Source: Escherichia coli (GTDB lineage Bacteria; Pseudomonadota; Gammaproteobacteria; Enterobacterales; Enterobacteriaceae). From it: a stretch of DNA of 64,000 nt. The stretch lies in NCBI RefSeq assembly GCF_050920415.1, contig NZ_CP169309.1. One strand, 5' to 3'. Below, piece by piece: positions 26,914-38,453 of the stretch (position 1 is the first letter of the stretch; the number at the start of each line of letters is the position of its first letter). The notes beneath the pieces were generated by a model. That model worked only from the letters and a program-made list of their open reading frames with translations. It did not search any database and was not told the DNA's origin. The translations under genes and the position numbers were made by a program.

Positions 26914-27161
26914 AATCCGCGCACAATTGAAGTCAGAGTCTTATTTTATATATTGAAAAGTATGTTAACTTAAAGACTATGAGAGATGATGCTTAACTTA
27001 TCGCATTTATACTATTCTGTTATTTGACGATAATGAGTTAAAAATAGAATGAGAGTAGCCCCCTACTCTCATATATCCAAATGGCCGATAAGCCCATTAT
27101 ATATACTGCGCATCATCGCTATTACAAATCCTAATAATTCATTTCCACACAGGATAAGCTG

Positions 27162-29441
27162 ATGAAGAAAAAAATTGAATCCTACCAGGGAGCTGCCGGT
27201 GGTTGGGGGGCTGTCAAATCTGTAGCGAATGCAGTCCGTAAGCAGATGGATATACGCCAGGAAGTGATTGCCATGTTTGACATGAATAAGCCAGAAGGCT
27301 TTGACTGTCCAGGATGTGCATGGCCAGATCCTAAGCACAGCGCGTCATTCGACATTTGTGAAAACGGCGCAAAAGCAATCGCCTGGGAAGTCACCGATAA
27401 GCAGGTGAATGCCTCTTTTTTCGCTGAGAATACGGTTCAATCATTACTTACCTGGGGAGATCACGAACTCGAGGCTGCGGGGCGTCTCACTCAACCTTTG
27501 AAATATGATGCCGTCAGCGACTGTTACCAGCCATTAAGCTGGCAACAAGCTTTCGACGAAATTGGCGCACGTCTTCAAAGTTATAGTGATCCAAATCAGG
27601 TTGAATTCTATACTTCGGGCCGCACTTCCAATGAAGCTGCCTTTCTTTATCAGCTTTTTGCCCGTGAATACGGTACCAATAACTTTCCCGACTGCTCAAA
27701 CATGTGCCATGAACCGACCAGCGTAGGTTTGGCAGCGAGTATCGGCGTGGGTAAAGGGACCGTGTTACTGGAAGACTTTGAGAAATGCGATTTAGTAATT
27801 TGCATTGGGCATAACCCTGGTACAAACCACCCTCGCATGCTGACTTCGTTGCGCGCTTTAGTGAAACGGGGAGCGAAAATGATTGCCATCAATCCTCTGC
27901 AGGAGCGTGGCCTGGAGCGATTTACCGCACCACAGAACCCGTTTGAAATGCTGACGAACTCCGAGACTCAATTGGCTAGTGCTTACTATAATGTGCGCAT
28001 TGGTGGCGATATGGCGTTGCTAAAGGGGATGATGCGCCTGTTAATTGAGCGCGATGATGCTGCAAGTGCTGCGGGTCGGCCCTCATTGCTGGATGACGAA
28101 TTCATTCAAACGCATACCGTCGGCTTTGACGAGCTACGCCGTGACGTTCTCAATTCCGAGTGGAAAGATATCGAACGTATTTCTGGACTAAGTCAGACAC
28201 AAATCGCCGAACTTGCTGATGCATATGCCGCTGCCGAACGAACCATTATCTGTTACGGAATGGGGATCACTCAGCACGAACATGGTACCCAGAACGTACA
28301 GCAACTTGTCAATCTGCTGTTGATGAAAGGTAACATTGGCAAGCCTGGTGCGGGTATCTGCCCACTACGTGGTCACTCTAATGTACAGGGCGACCGAACC
28401 GTCGGTATTACCGAGAAACCGTCTGCCGAGTTTCTGGCTCGCCTGGGTGAGCGCTATGGCTTCACCCCACCTCATGCACCTGGACATGCTGCAATCGCCA
28501 GCATGCAAGCAATATGTACGGGGCAAGCTCGAGCATTGATCTGCATGGGGGGCAACTTTGCACTGGCAATGCCAGATCGGGAAGCGAGCGCTGTACCGTT
28601 AACGCAATTAGATCTGGCGGTACACGTTGCCACAAAGCTTAACCGCTCACATCTGCTGACTGCACGGCATAGCTATATTCTGCCGGTTCTGGGACGTAGC
28701 GAGATTGACATGCAAAAAAGCGGTGCGCAGGCGGTAACCGTTGAGGATTCAATGTCAATGATTCATGCCTCGCGTGGCGTGTTAAAACCCGCAGGTGTCA
28801 TGCTGAAATCAGAGTGTGCTGTGGTCGCGGGAATCGCGCAGGCAGCGCTCCCCCAGAGCGTGGTGGCCTGGGAGCATCTGGTGGAAGATTATGATCGCAT
28901 TCGCAATGACATTGAAGCTGTGCTGCCAGAGTTCGCCGACTATAACCAGCGCATCCGCCATCCTGGTGGTTTTCACCTGATAAACGCAGCTGCTGAAAGG
29001 CGCTGGCTGACGTCGTCAGGTAAGGCTAATTTTATTACCAGTAAAGGGTTGTTAGAAGATCCCTCTTCGGCGTTTAACAGTAAGCTGGTCATGGCGACAG
29101 TGCGCAGTCACGATCAGTACAATACGACGATTTATGGTATGGATGACCGCTATCGAGGGGTATTCGGTCAACGAGATGTGGTCTTCATGAGTGCTAAACA
29201 AGCTAAAGTTTGCGGTGTAAAAAACGGCGAAAGAGTTAATCTTATTGCGCTTACGCCAGACGGTAAGCGCAGCTCACGCCGCATGGATAGATTAAAAGTG
29301 GTCATTTACCCTATGGCTGACCGCTCACTGGTGACCTATTTTCCAGAATCGAATCACATGCTAACACTTGATAACCACGATCCATTAAGTGGCATTCCTG
29401 GCTATAAAAGTATTCCGGTTGAATTAGAACCATCAAATTAA
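27162..29441 (+). CDS. ydeP: YdeP, molybdopterin (formate dehydrogenase-like) oxidoreductase involved in acid resistance
   Basis: 759-aa ORF recognised as YdeP. An N-terminal Cys cluster ([21 protein letters not shown]) is present. Confidence 0.95.
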   Translation: MKKKIESYQGAAGGWGAVKSVANAVRKQMDIRQEVIAMFDMNKPEGFDCPGCAWPDPKHSASFDICENGAKAIAWEVTDKQVNASFFAENTVQSLLTWGDHELEAAGRLTQPLKYDAVSDCYQPLSWQQAFDEIGARLQSYSDPNQVEFYTSGRTSNEAAFLYQLFAREYGTNNFPDCSNMCHEPTSVGLAASIGVGKGTVLLEDFEKCDLVICIGHNPGTNHPRMLTSLRALVKRGAKMIAINPLQERGLERFTAPQNPFEMLTNSETQLASAYYNVRIGGDMALLKGMMRLLIERDDAASAAGRPSLLDDEFIQTHTVGFDELRRDVLNSEWKDIERISGLSQTQIAELADAYAAAERTIICYGMGITQHEHGTQNVQQLVNLLLMKGNIGKPGAGICPLRGHSNVQGDRTVGITEKPSAEFLARLGERYGFTPPHAPGHAAIASMQAICTGQARALICMGGNFALAMPDREASAVPLTQLDLAVHVATKLNRSHLLTARHSYILPVLGRSEIDMQKSGAQAVTVEDSMSMIHASRGVLKPAGVMLKSECAVVAGIAQAALPQSVVAWEHLVEDYDRIRNDIEAVLPEFADYNQRIRHPGGFHLINAAAERRWLTSSGKANFITSKGLLEDPSSAFNSKLVMATVRSHDQYNTTIYGMDDRYRGVFGQRDVVFMSAKQAKVCGVKNGERVNLIALTPDGKRSSRRMDRLKVVIYPMADRSLVTYFPESNHMLTLDNHDPLSGIPGYKSIPVELEPSN

Positions 29442-29557
29442 TTCGCCTCCTCATTTCTTCTGCTGTCATCCGCACAGCAGAAGAATTCCTCATTGACCAT
29501 TGTCGCGCAATTTACTCACATGTGCTAAATTAAACTGCTCGCTATAAGATATATACC

Positions 29558-29577
29558 TCTGCCTACAGCTGTAAGAA
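29558..29577. promoter_or_regulatory. EvgA box upstream of safA-ydeO
   Basis: TCTGCCTACA-GC-TGTAAGAA. It is embedded in a ~50-nt block similar to the one upstream of ydeP. Confidence 0.6.
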
Positions 29578-29688
29578 ACTCCGCTCAGTACTGAAGCACC
29601 AGTCCTATTTCCTCTTTTTTCCAGCCTGTTATATTAAGCATACTGATTAACGATTTTTAACGTTATCCGCTAAATAAACATATTTGAA

Positions 29689-29886
29689 ATGCATGCGACC
29701 ACAGTGAAAAACAAAATCACGCAAAGAGACAACTATAAAGAAATCATGTCTGTAATTGTGGTTGTCTTATTACTGACACTTACGTTGATAGCCATTTTTT
29801 CGGCAATTGATCAGCTGGGTATTTCAGAAATGGGTCGCATTGCAAGAGATCTTACACATTTCATTATCAATAGTTTGCAAGACTGA
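29689..29886 (+). CDS. safA: SafA, small membrane connector between the EvgS/EvgA and PhoQ/PhoP systems
   Basis: 65 aa, MHATTVKNKITQRDNYKEIMSVIVVVLLLTLTLIAIF..., recognised as SafA (YneN). It has a single TM helix and sits upstream of ydeO. Confidence 0.9.
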   Translation: MHATTVKNKITQRDNYKEIMSVIVVVLLLTLTLIAIFSAIDQLGISEMGRIARDLTHFIINSLQD

Positions 29887-29961
29887 AAATAAACAGCAAA
29901 TTATAAATATGAAATGTTAAAAAAGTATCGATAAAAAACTTTATTGTTTTAAGGAGATAAA

Positions 29962-30723
29962 ATGTCGCTCGTTTGTTCTGTTATATTTATTCATCATGCC
30001 TTCAACGCTAACATTTTAGATAAAGATTACGCCTTCTCTGATGGTGAAATCCTGATGGTAGATAACGCTGTTCGTACGCATTTTGAACCTTATGAGCGGC
30101 ATTTCAAAGAAATTGGATTTAATGAAAACACCATTAAAAAATATCTACAATGCACTAATATTCAGACAGTGACTATGCCTGTTCCTGCGAAGTTTTTACG
30201 TGCTTCAAATGTACCAACTGGATTACTTAATGAAATGATTGCTTATCTCAACTCTGAAGAACGCAATCATCAGAATTTTTCTGAACTTTTGCTTTTTTCT
30301 TGCCTGTCTATTTTTGCTGCATGCAAAGGTTTCATTACATTATTAACTAACGGTGTGCTATCCGTATCAGGGAAAGTGAGAAACATTGTCAATATGAAGC
30401 TGGCACACCCATGGAAACTAAAAGATATTTGTGATTGCCTGTATATTAGTGAAAGCCTGCTGAAGAAAAAACTAAAGCAAGAGCAAACGACATTCTCACA
30501 AATTCTTTTAGATGCCAGAATGCAACACGCAAAAAATTTGATACGCGTAGAAGGTTCAGTCAATAAAATTGCCGAAAAATGTGGTTATGCCAGTACATCT
30601 TATTTTATTTATGCTTTCCGCAAACATTTCGGCAACAGTCCAAAGAGAGTTTCAAAGGAGTACCGTTGTCAAAGGCACACGAATATGAACACGGGCAACA
30701 CGATGAATGCTTTGGCTAATTGA
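29962..30723 (+). CDS. ydeO: YdeO, AraC-family acid-resistance regulator
   Basis: 253 aa recognised as YdeO, with a C-terminal AraC HTH (..KIAEKCGYASTSYFIYAFRKHFGNSP). Confidence 0.95.
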   Translation: MSLVCSVIFIHHAFNANILDKDYAFSDGEILMVDNAVRTHFEPYERHFKEIGFNENTIKKYLQCTNIQTVTMPVPAKFLRASNVPTGLLNEMIAYLNSEERNHQNFSELLLFSCLSIFAACKGFITLLTNGVLSVSGKVRNIVNMKLAHPWKLKDICDCLYISESLLKKKLKQEQTTFSQILLDARMQHAKNLIRVEGSVNKIAEKCGYASTSYFIYAFRKHFGNSPKRVSKEYRCQRHTNMNTGNTMNALAN

Positions 30724-31120
30724 TTATTCGCTCACGAATAGTCAACCACACGCTAAGTAAGAATTAAAGGGGCAGCTATTACCTGCCCCAATGTGTCATT
30801 ACGAATTGTATTTTATGATGAGAATTGGTGATATACATCACATATTTATGCATCTAAATAATCTGTTTCATGTTTATTTATGAACTCAATGCAATGAATT
30901 ACAAAAAAACACATAATATCATTTAATTTCAATCATTTAGATATTTGGCATTGTGAATTTACCTAGCTCAACAGAAAGCAATGTCAACGCGTTATGGACT
31001 ATTATTTCTCTTTTTTTAGCCAAATCTGCTATCTCTTTATGTGACTCACTTCACTTACATCATCTTATTTCTCTTCGTAAAATTACTTTGGAATTAAGTA
31101 CAATAAGAAGAGGAACATTT

Positions 31121-32803
31121 ATGAAGTCTGCATTGAAGAAAAGTGTCGTAAGTACCTCGATATCTTTGATACTGGCATCTGGTATGGCTGCATTTACCGC
31201 TCATGCGGCAGATGATGTAAAGCTGAAAGCAACTAAAACAAACGTTGCTTTCTCAGACTTTACGCCGATTGAATACAGTACTAAAGGAAAGCCAAATATC
31301 ATCGTACTGACCATGGATGATCTGGGTTATGGACAACTTCCTTTTGATAAGGGTTCTTTTGACCCAAAAACAATGGAAAATCGTGAAGTTGTCGATACCT
31401 ACAAAATAGGGATAGATAAAGCTATTGAAGCTGCACAAAAATCAACGCCAACACTCCTTTCGTTAATGGATGAAGGTGTACGTTTTACTAACGGCTATGT
31501 GGCGCACGGGGTTTCCGGTCCCTCCCGCGCCGCAATAATGACCGGTCGAGCGCCCGCTCGTTTTGGTGTGTACTCCAATACTGATGCTCAGGATGGTATT
31601 CCGCTGACAGAAACTTTCTTGCCTGAATTATTCCAGAATCATGGTTATTACACTGCAGCAGTAGGTAAATGGCACTTGTCAAAAATCAGTAATGTGCCAG
31701 TACCAGAAGATAAACAAACGCGTGACTATCATGACAACTTCACCACATTTTCTGCGGAAGAATGGCAACCTCAAAACCGTGGTTTTGATTACTTTATGGG
31801 ATTCCACGCTGCAGGAACGGCATATTACAACTCCCCTTCACTGTTCAAAAACCGTGAACGCGTCCCCGCAAAAGGTTATATCAGCGATCAGTTAACCGAT
31901 GAGGCAATTGGCGTTGTTGATCGTGCTAAAACACTTGACCAGCCTTTTATGCTTTACCTGGCTTATAATGCTCCGCACCTGCCAAACGACAACCCTGCAC
32001 CAGAGCAATATCAGAAGCAATTTAATACCGGTAGCCAAACAGCAGATAACTACTACGCTTCCGTTTATTCTGTTGATCAGGGCGTAAAACGCATTCTTGA
32101 ACAACTAAAGAAAAACGGACAGTATGACAATACAATTATTCTCTTTACCTCTGATAATGGTGCAGTTATCGATGGTCCTCTGCCGCTGAACGGAGCGCAA
32201 AAAGGCTATAAGAGCCAGACTTATCCTGGCGGTACCCATACACCAATGTTTATGTGGTGGAAAGGAAAACTTCCGCCCGGTAATTATGACAAGCTGATTT
32301 CCGCAATGGATTTCTACCCGACAGCTCTTGATGCAGCCGATATCAGCATTCCAAAAGAGCTAAAATTGGATGGTGTTTCATTGCTGCCCTGGTTGCAAGA
32401 TAAGAAACAAGGTGAGCCACATAAAAATCTGACCTGGATAACATCTTATTCTCACTGGTTTGATGAGGAAAATATTCCCTTCTGGGATAATTACCACAAA
32501 TTTGTCCGCCATCAGTCAGACGATTACCCGCATAACCCCAACACCGAAGATTTAAGCCAATTCTCTTATACGGTGAGAAATAACGATTATTCGCTAGTCT
32601 ATACAGTAGAAAACAATCAGTTAGGTCTATACAAACTGACAGATCTACAGCAAAAAGATAACATTGCCGCCGCCAATCCGCAGATCGTTAAAGAGATGCA
32701 AGGTGTGGTAAGAGAGTTTATCGACAACAGCCAGCCACCGCTTAGCGAGGTAAATCAGGCGAAGTTTAACAATATCAAGAAAGCACTAAGCGAAGCGAAA
32801 TAA
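31121..32803 (+). CDS. ydeN: YdeN, putative periplasmic sulfatase
   Basis: The start is placed at ATG 31121 (MKSALKKSVVSTSISLILASGMAAF.. signal peptide), giving 560 aa. The sulfatase active-site region is GVSGPSRAAIMTGR, a Ser-type SxPxR motif. The ORF-track N-terminal extension is rejected. Confidence 0.9.
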   Translation: MKSALKKSVVSTSISLILASGMAAFTAHAADDVKLKATKTNVAFSDFTPIEYSTKGKPNIIVLTMDDLGYGQLPFDKGSFDPKTMENREVVDTYKIGIDKAIEAAQKSTPTLLSLMDEGVRFTNGYVAHGVSGPSRAAIMTGRAPARFGVYSNTDAQDGIPLTETFLPELFQNHGYYTAAVGKWHLSKISNVPVPEDKQTRDYHDNFTTFSAEEWQPQNRGFDYFMGFHAAGTAYYNSPSLFKNRERVPAKGYISDQLTDEAIGVVDRAKTLDQPFMLYLAYNAPHLPNDNPAPEQYQKQFNTGSQTADNYYASVYSVDQGVKRILEQLKKNGQYDNTIILFTSDNGAVIDGPLPLNGAQKGYKSQTYPGGTHTPMFMWWKGKLPPGNYDKLISAMDFYPTALDAADISIPKELKLDGVSLLPWLQDKKQGEPHKNLTWITSYSHWFDEENIPFWDNYHKFVRHQSDDYPHNPNTEDLSQFSYTVRNNDYSLVYTVENNQLGLYKLTDLQQKDNIAAANPQIVKEMQGVVREFIDNSQPPLSEVNQAKFNNIKKALSEAK

Positions 32804-32815
32804 CTAAACCTTCAT

Positions 32816-32841
32816 GCGGCGGATTTTTCCGCCGCCTTATT
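32816..32841 (+). terminator. Hairpin/terminator between ydeN and ydeM
   Basis: 8-bp stem gcggcgga/tccgccgc with a tttt loop, followed by cttatt. Confidence 0.55.
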
Positions 32842-32854
32842 GAGCGAGATAGCG

Positions 32855-34015
32855 ATGCACGTTACAGCCAAGCCCTCCAGTTTTCAATGTAATCTCAAAT
32901 GTGATTACTGTTTTTACCTTGAAAAAGAGTCGCAGTTTACTCATGAAAAATGGATGGATGACAGCACTCTGAAAGAGTTCATCAAACAATATATCGCAGC
33001 GTCTGGCAATCAGGTCTATTTTACCTGGCAAGGCGGTGAACCCACTCTGGCTGGCCTGGATTTTTTCCGTAAAGTTATTCACTATCAACAACGCTATGCA
33101 GGCCAAAAACGTATTTTTAATGCATTACAAACGAATGGCATTTTATTGAATAATGAATGGTGTGCCTTTCTCAAAGAACATGAGTTTCTGGTTGGTATCT
33201 CGATCGATGGACCCCAGGAGTTACATGACCGTTACAGACGCAGTAATTCGGGTAACGGAACTTTTGCAAAAGTGATAGCAGCCATCGAGCGTCTGAAATC
33301 ATATCAAGTAGAGTTTAATACGTTAACCGTCATTAATAACGTTAATGTCCATTACCCTCTTGAGGTTTATCATTTTTTAAAATCTATCGGCAGTAAACAT
33401 ATGCAATTTATCGAATTGCTCGAAACCGGGACGCCGAATATTGATTTCAGTGGTCATAGTGAGAACACATTCCGTATCATTGATTTTTCTGTGCCTCCTA
33501 CGGCTTATGGCAAGTTTATGTCAACCATTTTTATGCAATGGGTTAAAAACGATGTGGGTGAAATTTTCATCCGTCAGTTTGAAAGCTTTGTCAGCCGTTT
33601 TTTGGGGAATGGGCATACCAGTTGTATTTTCCAGGAGTCCTGCAAGGATAATCTGGTTGTTGAAAGTAATGGAGACATTTACGAATGCGACCATTTTGTC
33701 TATCCACAGTACAAAATCGGAAACATTAATAAATCGGAACTCAAAACGATGAACAGTGTACAGCTGACAGCGCAAAAAAAACGGATTTCAGCGAAATGTC
33801 AGCAATGTGTATATAAACCTATCTGCAATGGTGGTTGCCCTAAACATCGTATTACTAAAGTAAACAATGAAACTGTTTCCTATTTTTGCGAAGGTTATAA
33901 AATCCTTTTTTCAACCATGGTGCCTTATATGAACGCCATGGTGGAGTTAGCTAAGAACAGAGTTCCGCTTTACCACATTATGGATGTTGCAAAACAAATG
34001 GAGAATAATAAATAA
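32855..34015 (+). CDS. ydeM: YdeM, radical-SAM anaerobic sulfatase-maturating enzyme homologue
   Basis: The start is at ATG 32855 ([21 protein letters not shown], the CxxxCxxC radical-SAM motif), giving 385 aa. It is adjacent to the sulfatase gene. Confidence 0.9.
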   Translation: MHVTAKPSSFQCNLKCDYCFYLEKESQFTHEKWMDDSTLKEFIKQYIAASGNQVYFTWQGGEPTLAGLDFFRKVIHYQQRYAGQKRIFNALQTNGILLNNEWCAFLKEHEFLVGISIDGPQELHDRYRRSNSGNGTFAKVIAAIERLKSYQVEFNTLTVINNVNVHYPLEVYHFLKSIGSKHMQFIELLETGTPNIDFSGHSENTFRIIDFSVPPTAYGKFMSTIFMQWVKNDVGEIFIRQFESFVSRFLGNGHTSCIFQESCKDNLVVESNGDIYECDHFVYPQYKIGNINKSELKTMNSVQLTAQKKRISAKCQQCVYKPICNGGCPKHRITKVNNETVSYFCEGYKILFSTMVPYMNAMVELAKNRVPLYHIMDVAKQMENNK

Positions 34016-34065
34016 CGCACTCTATTAGCTTCAGTCTTAGCCTCCTTCTTATGAACTTAACAAGG

Positions 34066-34096
34066 CACCCGACATAACTTCCTGTCGGGTGTTTCG
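34066..34096 (+). terminator. Rho-independent terminator after ydeM
   Basis: 9-bp stem cacccgaca/tgtcgggtg with an 8-nt loop, followed by tttcg. Confidence 0.6.
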
Positions 34097-34313
34097 TCTT
34101 CATCATCTTCCCGTGCGAAGTAAGAGCTTAAATCCTGGCTTACGAGGTATGCGTCAGGGCATTAGCAATACTCTTGATTATCAATAGCATAACCATAACC
34201 ACTGAAAATGAAATATTTCTTTATATTTCATATTGTTAAATGATACTTAAATAAATTTCATCAGTAAATCATTGCCATAGATAATCATTGAATGGCACAA
34301 TCAATTTTCGCTA

Positions 34314-35999
34314 ATGATAACCATTCCCATTACGTTTTGTATGTTGATAGCAAAGTATCTCTGTCTGCTGAAGCCCTTTTGGCTGCGTAAGAATAATAAA
34401 ACTTCAGTGTTGTTAATCATTATTATCCTCGCCATGATCCTTGGCGTGGTTAAAATTCAGGTCTGGTTAAACGACTGGAACAATGATTTTTTCAATGCGC
34501 TAAGTCAGAAAGAAACCGATAAACTTTGGCAACTTGTTCTGTGGTTCCCTGCCCTGCTGGGGATCTTTGTATTAATATCCGTAAACAAAACATGGCTAAT
34601 TAAACTACTGACTATTCGCTGGCGCGAATGGTTAACAGATTACTACCTTAATCGCTGGTTTGCAGATAAAAACTACTACTTCACGCAGATCTACGGCGAG
34701 CATAAAAATACAGATAACCCTGACCAACGTATCGCTGAAGACATTCTCTTACTGATCAGCAAAACGCTCAGCCTTTCATTTGGCTTCATCCAGTCACTGA
34801 GCATGCTGGTCACCTTCACCGTTATTCTTTGGCAAAGCGCGGGTACGCTCTCATTCACTGTTAGTGGAACAGAATGGAATATCCATGGGTATATGGTCTA
34901 TACCGTCGCGCTTATTGTGATCGGTGGAACATTATTTACCCATAAGGTTGGAAAACGCATTCGACCACTTAATGTGGAAAAGCAACGTAGCGAAGCGACA
35001 TTTCGAACTAATCTTGTGCAGCATAATAAACAAGCGGAACTGATTGCGCTAAGCAATGCTGAATCTCTACAACGGCAGGAGTTGAGCGACAATTTTCATA
35101 TCATTAAAGAGAACTGGCATCGTTTAATGAATCGCCAGCGGTGGCTTGATTACTGGCAGAATATTTATTCGCGCTCGCTTAGCGTTCTTCCCTACTTTCT
35201 GTTATTGCCGCAGTTTATTAGCGGACAGATCAATCTGGGCGGACTGATGAAATCACGCCAGGCATTTATGCTGGTATCGAACAATTTAAGCTGGTTTATT
35301 TATAAATATGATGAACTTGCTGAACTGGCTGCGGTTATCGATCGCTTGTATGAGTTCCATCAACTCACCGAACAGCGCCCTACGAATAAGCCTAAAAATT
35401 GCCAACATGCGGTACAAGTGGCTGACGCGAGTATTCGTACTCCTGATAATAAGATCATATTAGAGAACCTGAACTTTCATGTTTCGCCAGGCAAATGGCT
35501 ATTGCTGAAAGGTTACTCTGGTGCGGGAAAAACCACACTGCTTAAAACATTATCCCACTGCTGGCCGTGGTTTAAAGGTGATATTTCTTCTCCTGCTGAC
35601 AGTTGGTATGTGTCACAAACACCGTTAATCAAAACCGGCTTACTGAAAGAGATTATTTGTAAAGCACTTCCCCTGTCCGTAGACGATAAATCGTTGAGCG
35701 AAGTACTGCATCAGGTTGGTCTGGGGAAATTGGCTGCGCGTATTCATGATCACGATCGCTGGGGAGATATTCTTTCCAGCGGCGAAAAACAACGTATCGC
35801 CCTGGCTCGATTAATTTTACGACGTCCGAAATGGATATTTCTTGACGAAACTACCTCTCATCTTGAGGAACAAGAGGCTATCCGCTTACTGCGTTTAGTG
35901 CGTGAAAAACTACCCTCAAGCGGCGTCATTATGGTCACACATCAACCTGGTGTCTGGAGCCTGGCTGATGATATTTGCGACATTAGCGCGGTTTTATAA
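34314..35999 (+). CDS. yddA: YddA, fused permease/ATPase ABC transporter (SbmA/BacA-like TM domain)
   Basis: 561 aa recognised as YddA. Walker A (GYSGAGKTT), the signature motif (LSSGEKQR) and Walker B (IFLDE) are present. Confidence 0.95.
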   Translation: MITIPITFCMLIAKYLCLLKPFWLRKNNKTSVLLIIIILAMILGVVKIQVWLNDWNNDFFNALSQKETDKLWQLVLWFPALLGIFVLISVNKTWLIKLLTIRWREWLTDYYLNRWFADKNYYFTQIYGEHKNTDNPDQRIAEDILLLISKTLSLSFGFIQSLSMLVTFTVILWQSAGTLSFTVSGTEWNIHGYMVYTVALIVIGGTLFTHKVGKRIRPLNVEKQRSEATFRTNLVQHNKQAELIALSNAESLQRQELSDNFHIIKENWHRLMNRQRWLDYWQNIYSRSLSVLPYFLLLPQFISGQINLGGLMKSRQAFMLVSNNLSWFIYKYDELAELAAVIDRLYEFHQLTEQRPTNKPKNCQHAVQVADASIRTPDNKIILENLNFHVSPGKWLLLKGYSGAGKTTLLKTLSHCWPWFKGDISSPADSWYVSQTPLIKTGLLKEIICKALPLSVDDKSLSEVLHQVGLGKLAARIHDHDRWGDILSSGEKQRIALARLILRRPKWIFLDETTSHLEEQEAIRLLRLVREKLPSSGVIMVTHQPGVWSLADDICDISAVL

Positions 36000-36036
36000 A
36001 AACAATAAAAGCCCTGCTGTACGGAGATAAAAATAA

Positions 36037-38409
36037 ATGAAGCGAGTTCTTATTCCTGGCGTCATTTTATGTGGCGCTGATGTAGCGCAGGCCGTCGATG
36101 ACAAAAATATGTACATGCATGTTTTTGAAGAGATGACGGTCTATGCTCCTGTCCCTGTACCCGTAAACGGCAACACGCATTACACCAGTGAAAGCATCGA
36201 GCGTTTACCGACCGGGAATGGCAATATCAGCGATCTGCTGAGAACCAACCCTGCGGTACGCATGGATTCAACGCAAAGTACCTCATTGAACCAGGGAGAT
36301 ATTCGCCCGGAGAAAATCTCTATTCACGGTGCGTCGCCCTACCAGAATGCCTATTTGATTGACGGTATTAGTGCAACGAATAACCTGAACCCAGCGAATG
36401 AGTCCGATGCCAGTAGTGCAACCAATATTAGCGGGATGTCACAGGGGTATTATCTTGATGTCAGCTTACTGGACAATGTGACGCTTTATGACAGTTTTGT
36501 GCCGGTTGAATTTGGCCGCTTCAATGGCGGGGTAATTGATGCAAAGATCAAACGCTTCAACGCTGATGATAGCAGCGTGAAACTGGGTTATCGCACTACG
36601 CGTTCGGACTGGTTAACATCGCATATCGATGAGAATAACAAGAGCGCATTTAATCAAGGTTCTTCAGGAAGTACTTATTACTCTCCAGATTTTAAAAAGA
36701 ACTTTTATACCTTGTCGTTTAATCAGGAACTCGCTGATAACTTTGGCGTTACCGCCGGTTTATCGCGCCGCCAGTCTGATATCATCCGCGCGGATTATGT
36801 TTCGAATGACGGCATTGTCGCCGGCAGGGCACAGTATAAAAACGTTATCGATACTGCATTGAGCAAATTTACCTGGTTTGCCAGCGACCGCTTTACCCAC
36901 GATTTAACCTTAAAATATACCGGCTCCAGCCGTGATTATAATACCAGCACCTTCCCGGAGTCTGATCGCGAAATGGGTAATAAATCCTATGGTCTGGCAT
37001 GGGATATGGATACCCAGCTCGCATGGGCCAAACTGCGTACCACCGTTGGTTGGGATCATATTAGTGATTATACCCGTCACGATCATGACATCTGGTACAC
37101 CGAACTTTCATGTACATATGGTGATATTTCAGGGCGTTGCACTCGTGGCGGATTAGGACACATTTCCCAGGCTGTAGATAATTACACCTTCAAAACACGC
37201 CTTGACTGGCAAAAATTCGCCGTGGGTAATGTTTCGCATCAACCCTACTTCGGCGCGGAATACATCTATTCCGATGCATGGACTGAACGCCATAACCAGT
37301 CTGAATCCTATGTGATTAATGCTGCCGGAAAGAAAACTAACCATACCATTTACCATAAAGGTAAAGGCAGCCTGGGAATAGACAATTACACGCTGTATAT
37401 GGCGGATCGCATTAACTGGCGTAATGTGTCGTTAATGCCCGGCGTGCGGTATGACTATGATAACTATCTGTCAAACCACAATATCTCCCCGCGCTTTATG
37501 ACGGAATGGGATATTTTTGCTGATCAAACCTCAATGATTACCGCAGGTTATAACCGTTACTATGGCGGGAATATTCTTGATATGGGATTACGTGATATCC
37601 GCAATAGCTGGACGGAATCGGTATCAGGCAATAAAACCCTGACGCGTTATCAGGATTTGAAAACGCCTTATAACGATGAACTGGCAATGGGATTGCAGCA
37701 AAAAATCGGTAAGAACGTTATTGCGCGCGCAAACTATGTTTACCGTGAAGCGCATGATCAAATCAGCAAAAGCAGTCGTACCGACAGCGCGACTAAAACC
37801 ACCATTACTGAATATAACAACGACGGTAAAACCAAAACGCATTCGTTCAACCTCAGTTTTGAACTGGCCGAACCCCTGCATATCAGCCAGGTAGATATTA
37901 ACCCGCAAGTTGTCTTTAGCTATATCAAGAGCAAGGGCAACTTATCGTTGAACAATGGTTATGAGGAGAGCAATACCGGTGATAACCAGGTGGTCTATAA
38001 CGGTAATCTGGTTTCTTACGATAGCGTTCCGGTGGCAGATTTTAATAATCCATTAAAGATCTCCTTAAACATGGATTTCACACATCAACCGAGCGGATTG
38101 GTGTGGGCGAATACGCTGGCCTGGCAAGAAGCGCGTAAAGCTCGCATTATCCTCGGTAAAACGAATGCGCAATACATTAGCGAATATTCAGATTACAAAC
38201 AGTATGTTGATGAAAAACTGGATAGCAGCCTGACCTGGGACACCCGCTTGTCCTGGACGCCACAATTTCTGAAACAACAAAACCTGACGATCAGTGCCGA
38301 TATTCTCAATGTACTGGATAGCAAAACCGCTGTTGATACAACGAATACCGGCGTGGCGACCTACGCCAGTGGCCGTACTTTCTGGCTTGATGTCAGCATG
38401 AAATTTTAA
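36037..38409 (+). CDS. yddB: YddB, TonB-dependent-receptor-like outer-membrane protein
   Basis: 790 aa recognised as YddB, with a plug and barrel organisation and a terminal ...FWLDVSMKF. Confidence 0.95.
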   Translation: MKRVLIPGVILCGADVAQAVDDKNMYMHVFEEMTVYAPVPVPVNGNTHYTSESIERLPTGNGNISDLLRTNPAVRMDSTQSTSLNQGDIRPEKISIHGASPYQNAYLIDGISATNNLNPANESDASSATNISGMSQGYYLDVSLLDNVTLYDSFVPVEFGRFNGGVIDAKIKRFNADDSSVKLGYRTTRSDWLTSHIDENNKSAFNQGSSGSTYYSPDFKKNFYTLSFNQELADNFGVTAGLSRRQSDIIRADYVSNDGIVAGRAQYKNVIDTALSKFTWFASDRFTHDLTLKYTGSSRDYNTSTFPESDREMGNKSYGLAWDMDTQLAWAKLRTTVGWDHISDYTRHDHDIWYTELSCTYGDISGRCTRGGLGHISQAVDNYTFKTRLDWQKFAVGNVSHQPYFGAEYIYSDAWTERHNQSESYVINAAGKKTNHTIYHKGKGSLGIDNYTLYMADRINWRNVSLMPGVRYDYDNYLSNHNISPRFMTEWDIFADQTSMITAGYNRYYGGNILDMGLRDIRNSWTESVSGNKTLTRYQDLKTPYNDELAMGLQQKIGKNVIARANYVYREAHDQISKSSRTDSATKTTITEYNNDGKTKTHSFNLSFELAEPLHISQVDINPQVVFSYIKSKGNLSLNNGYEESNTGDNQVVYNGNLVSYDSVPVADFNNPLKISLNMDFTHQPSGLVWANTLAWQEARKARIILGKTNAQYISEYSDYKQYVDEKLDSSLTWDTRLSWTPQFLKQQNLTISADILNVLDSKTAVDTTNTGVATYASGRTFWLDVSMKF

Positions 38410-38453
38410 TAGTTCGGATTTTACTTAACCGGGTAAATTCGCCCGGTTTTCGC

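Noticed and set aside
27049-27072. Perfect 10-bp stem / 4-nt loop hairpin (atgagagtag-cccc-ctactctcat) upstream of ydeP, with a T-run on the minus strand.
   Set aside because: No transcript is known or predicted to end there. About one such hairpin is expected by chance in 64 kb. There is no U-tract on the fimbrial operon strand.
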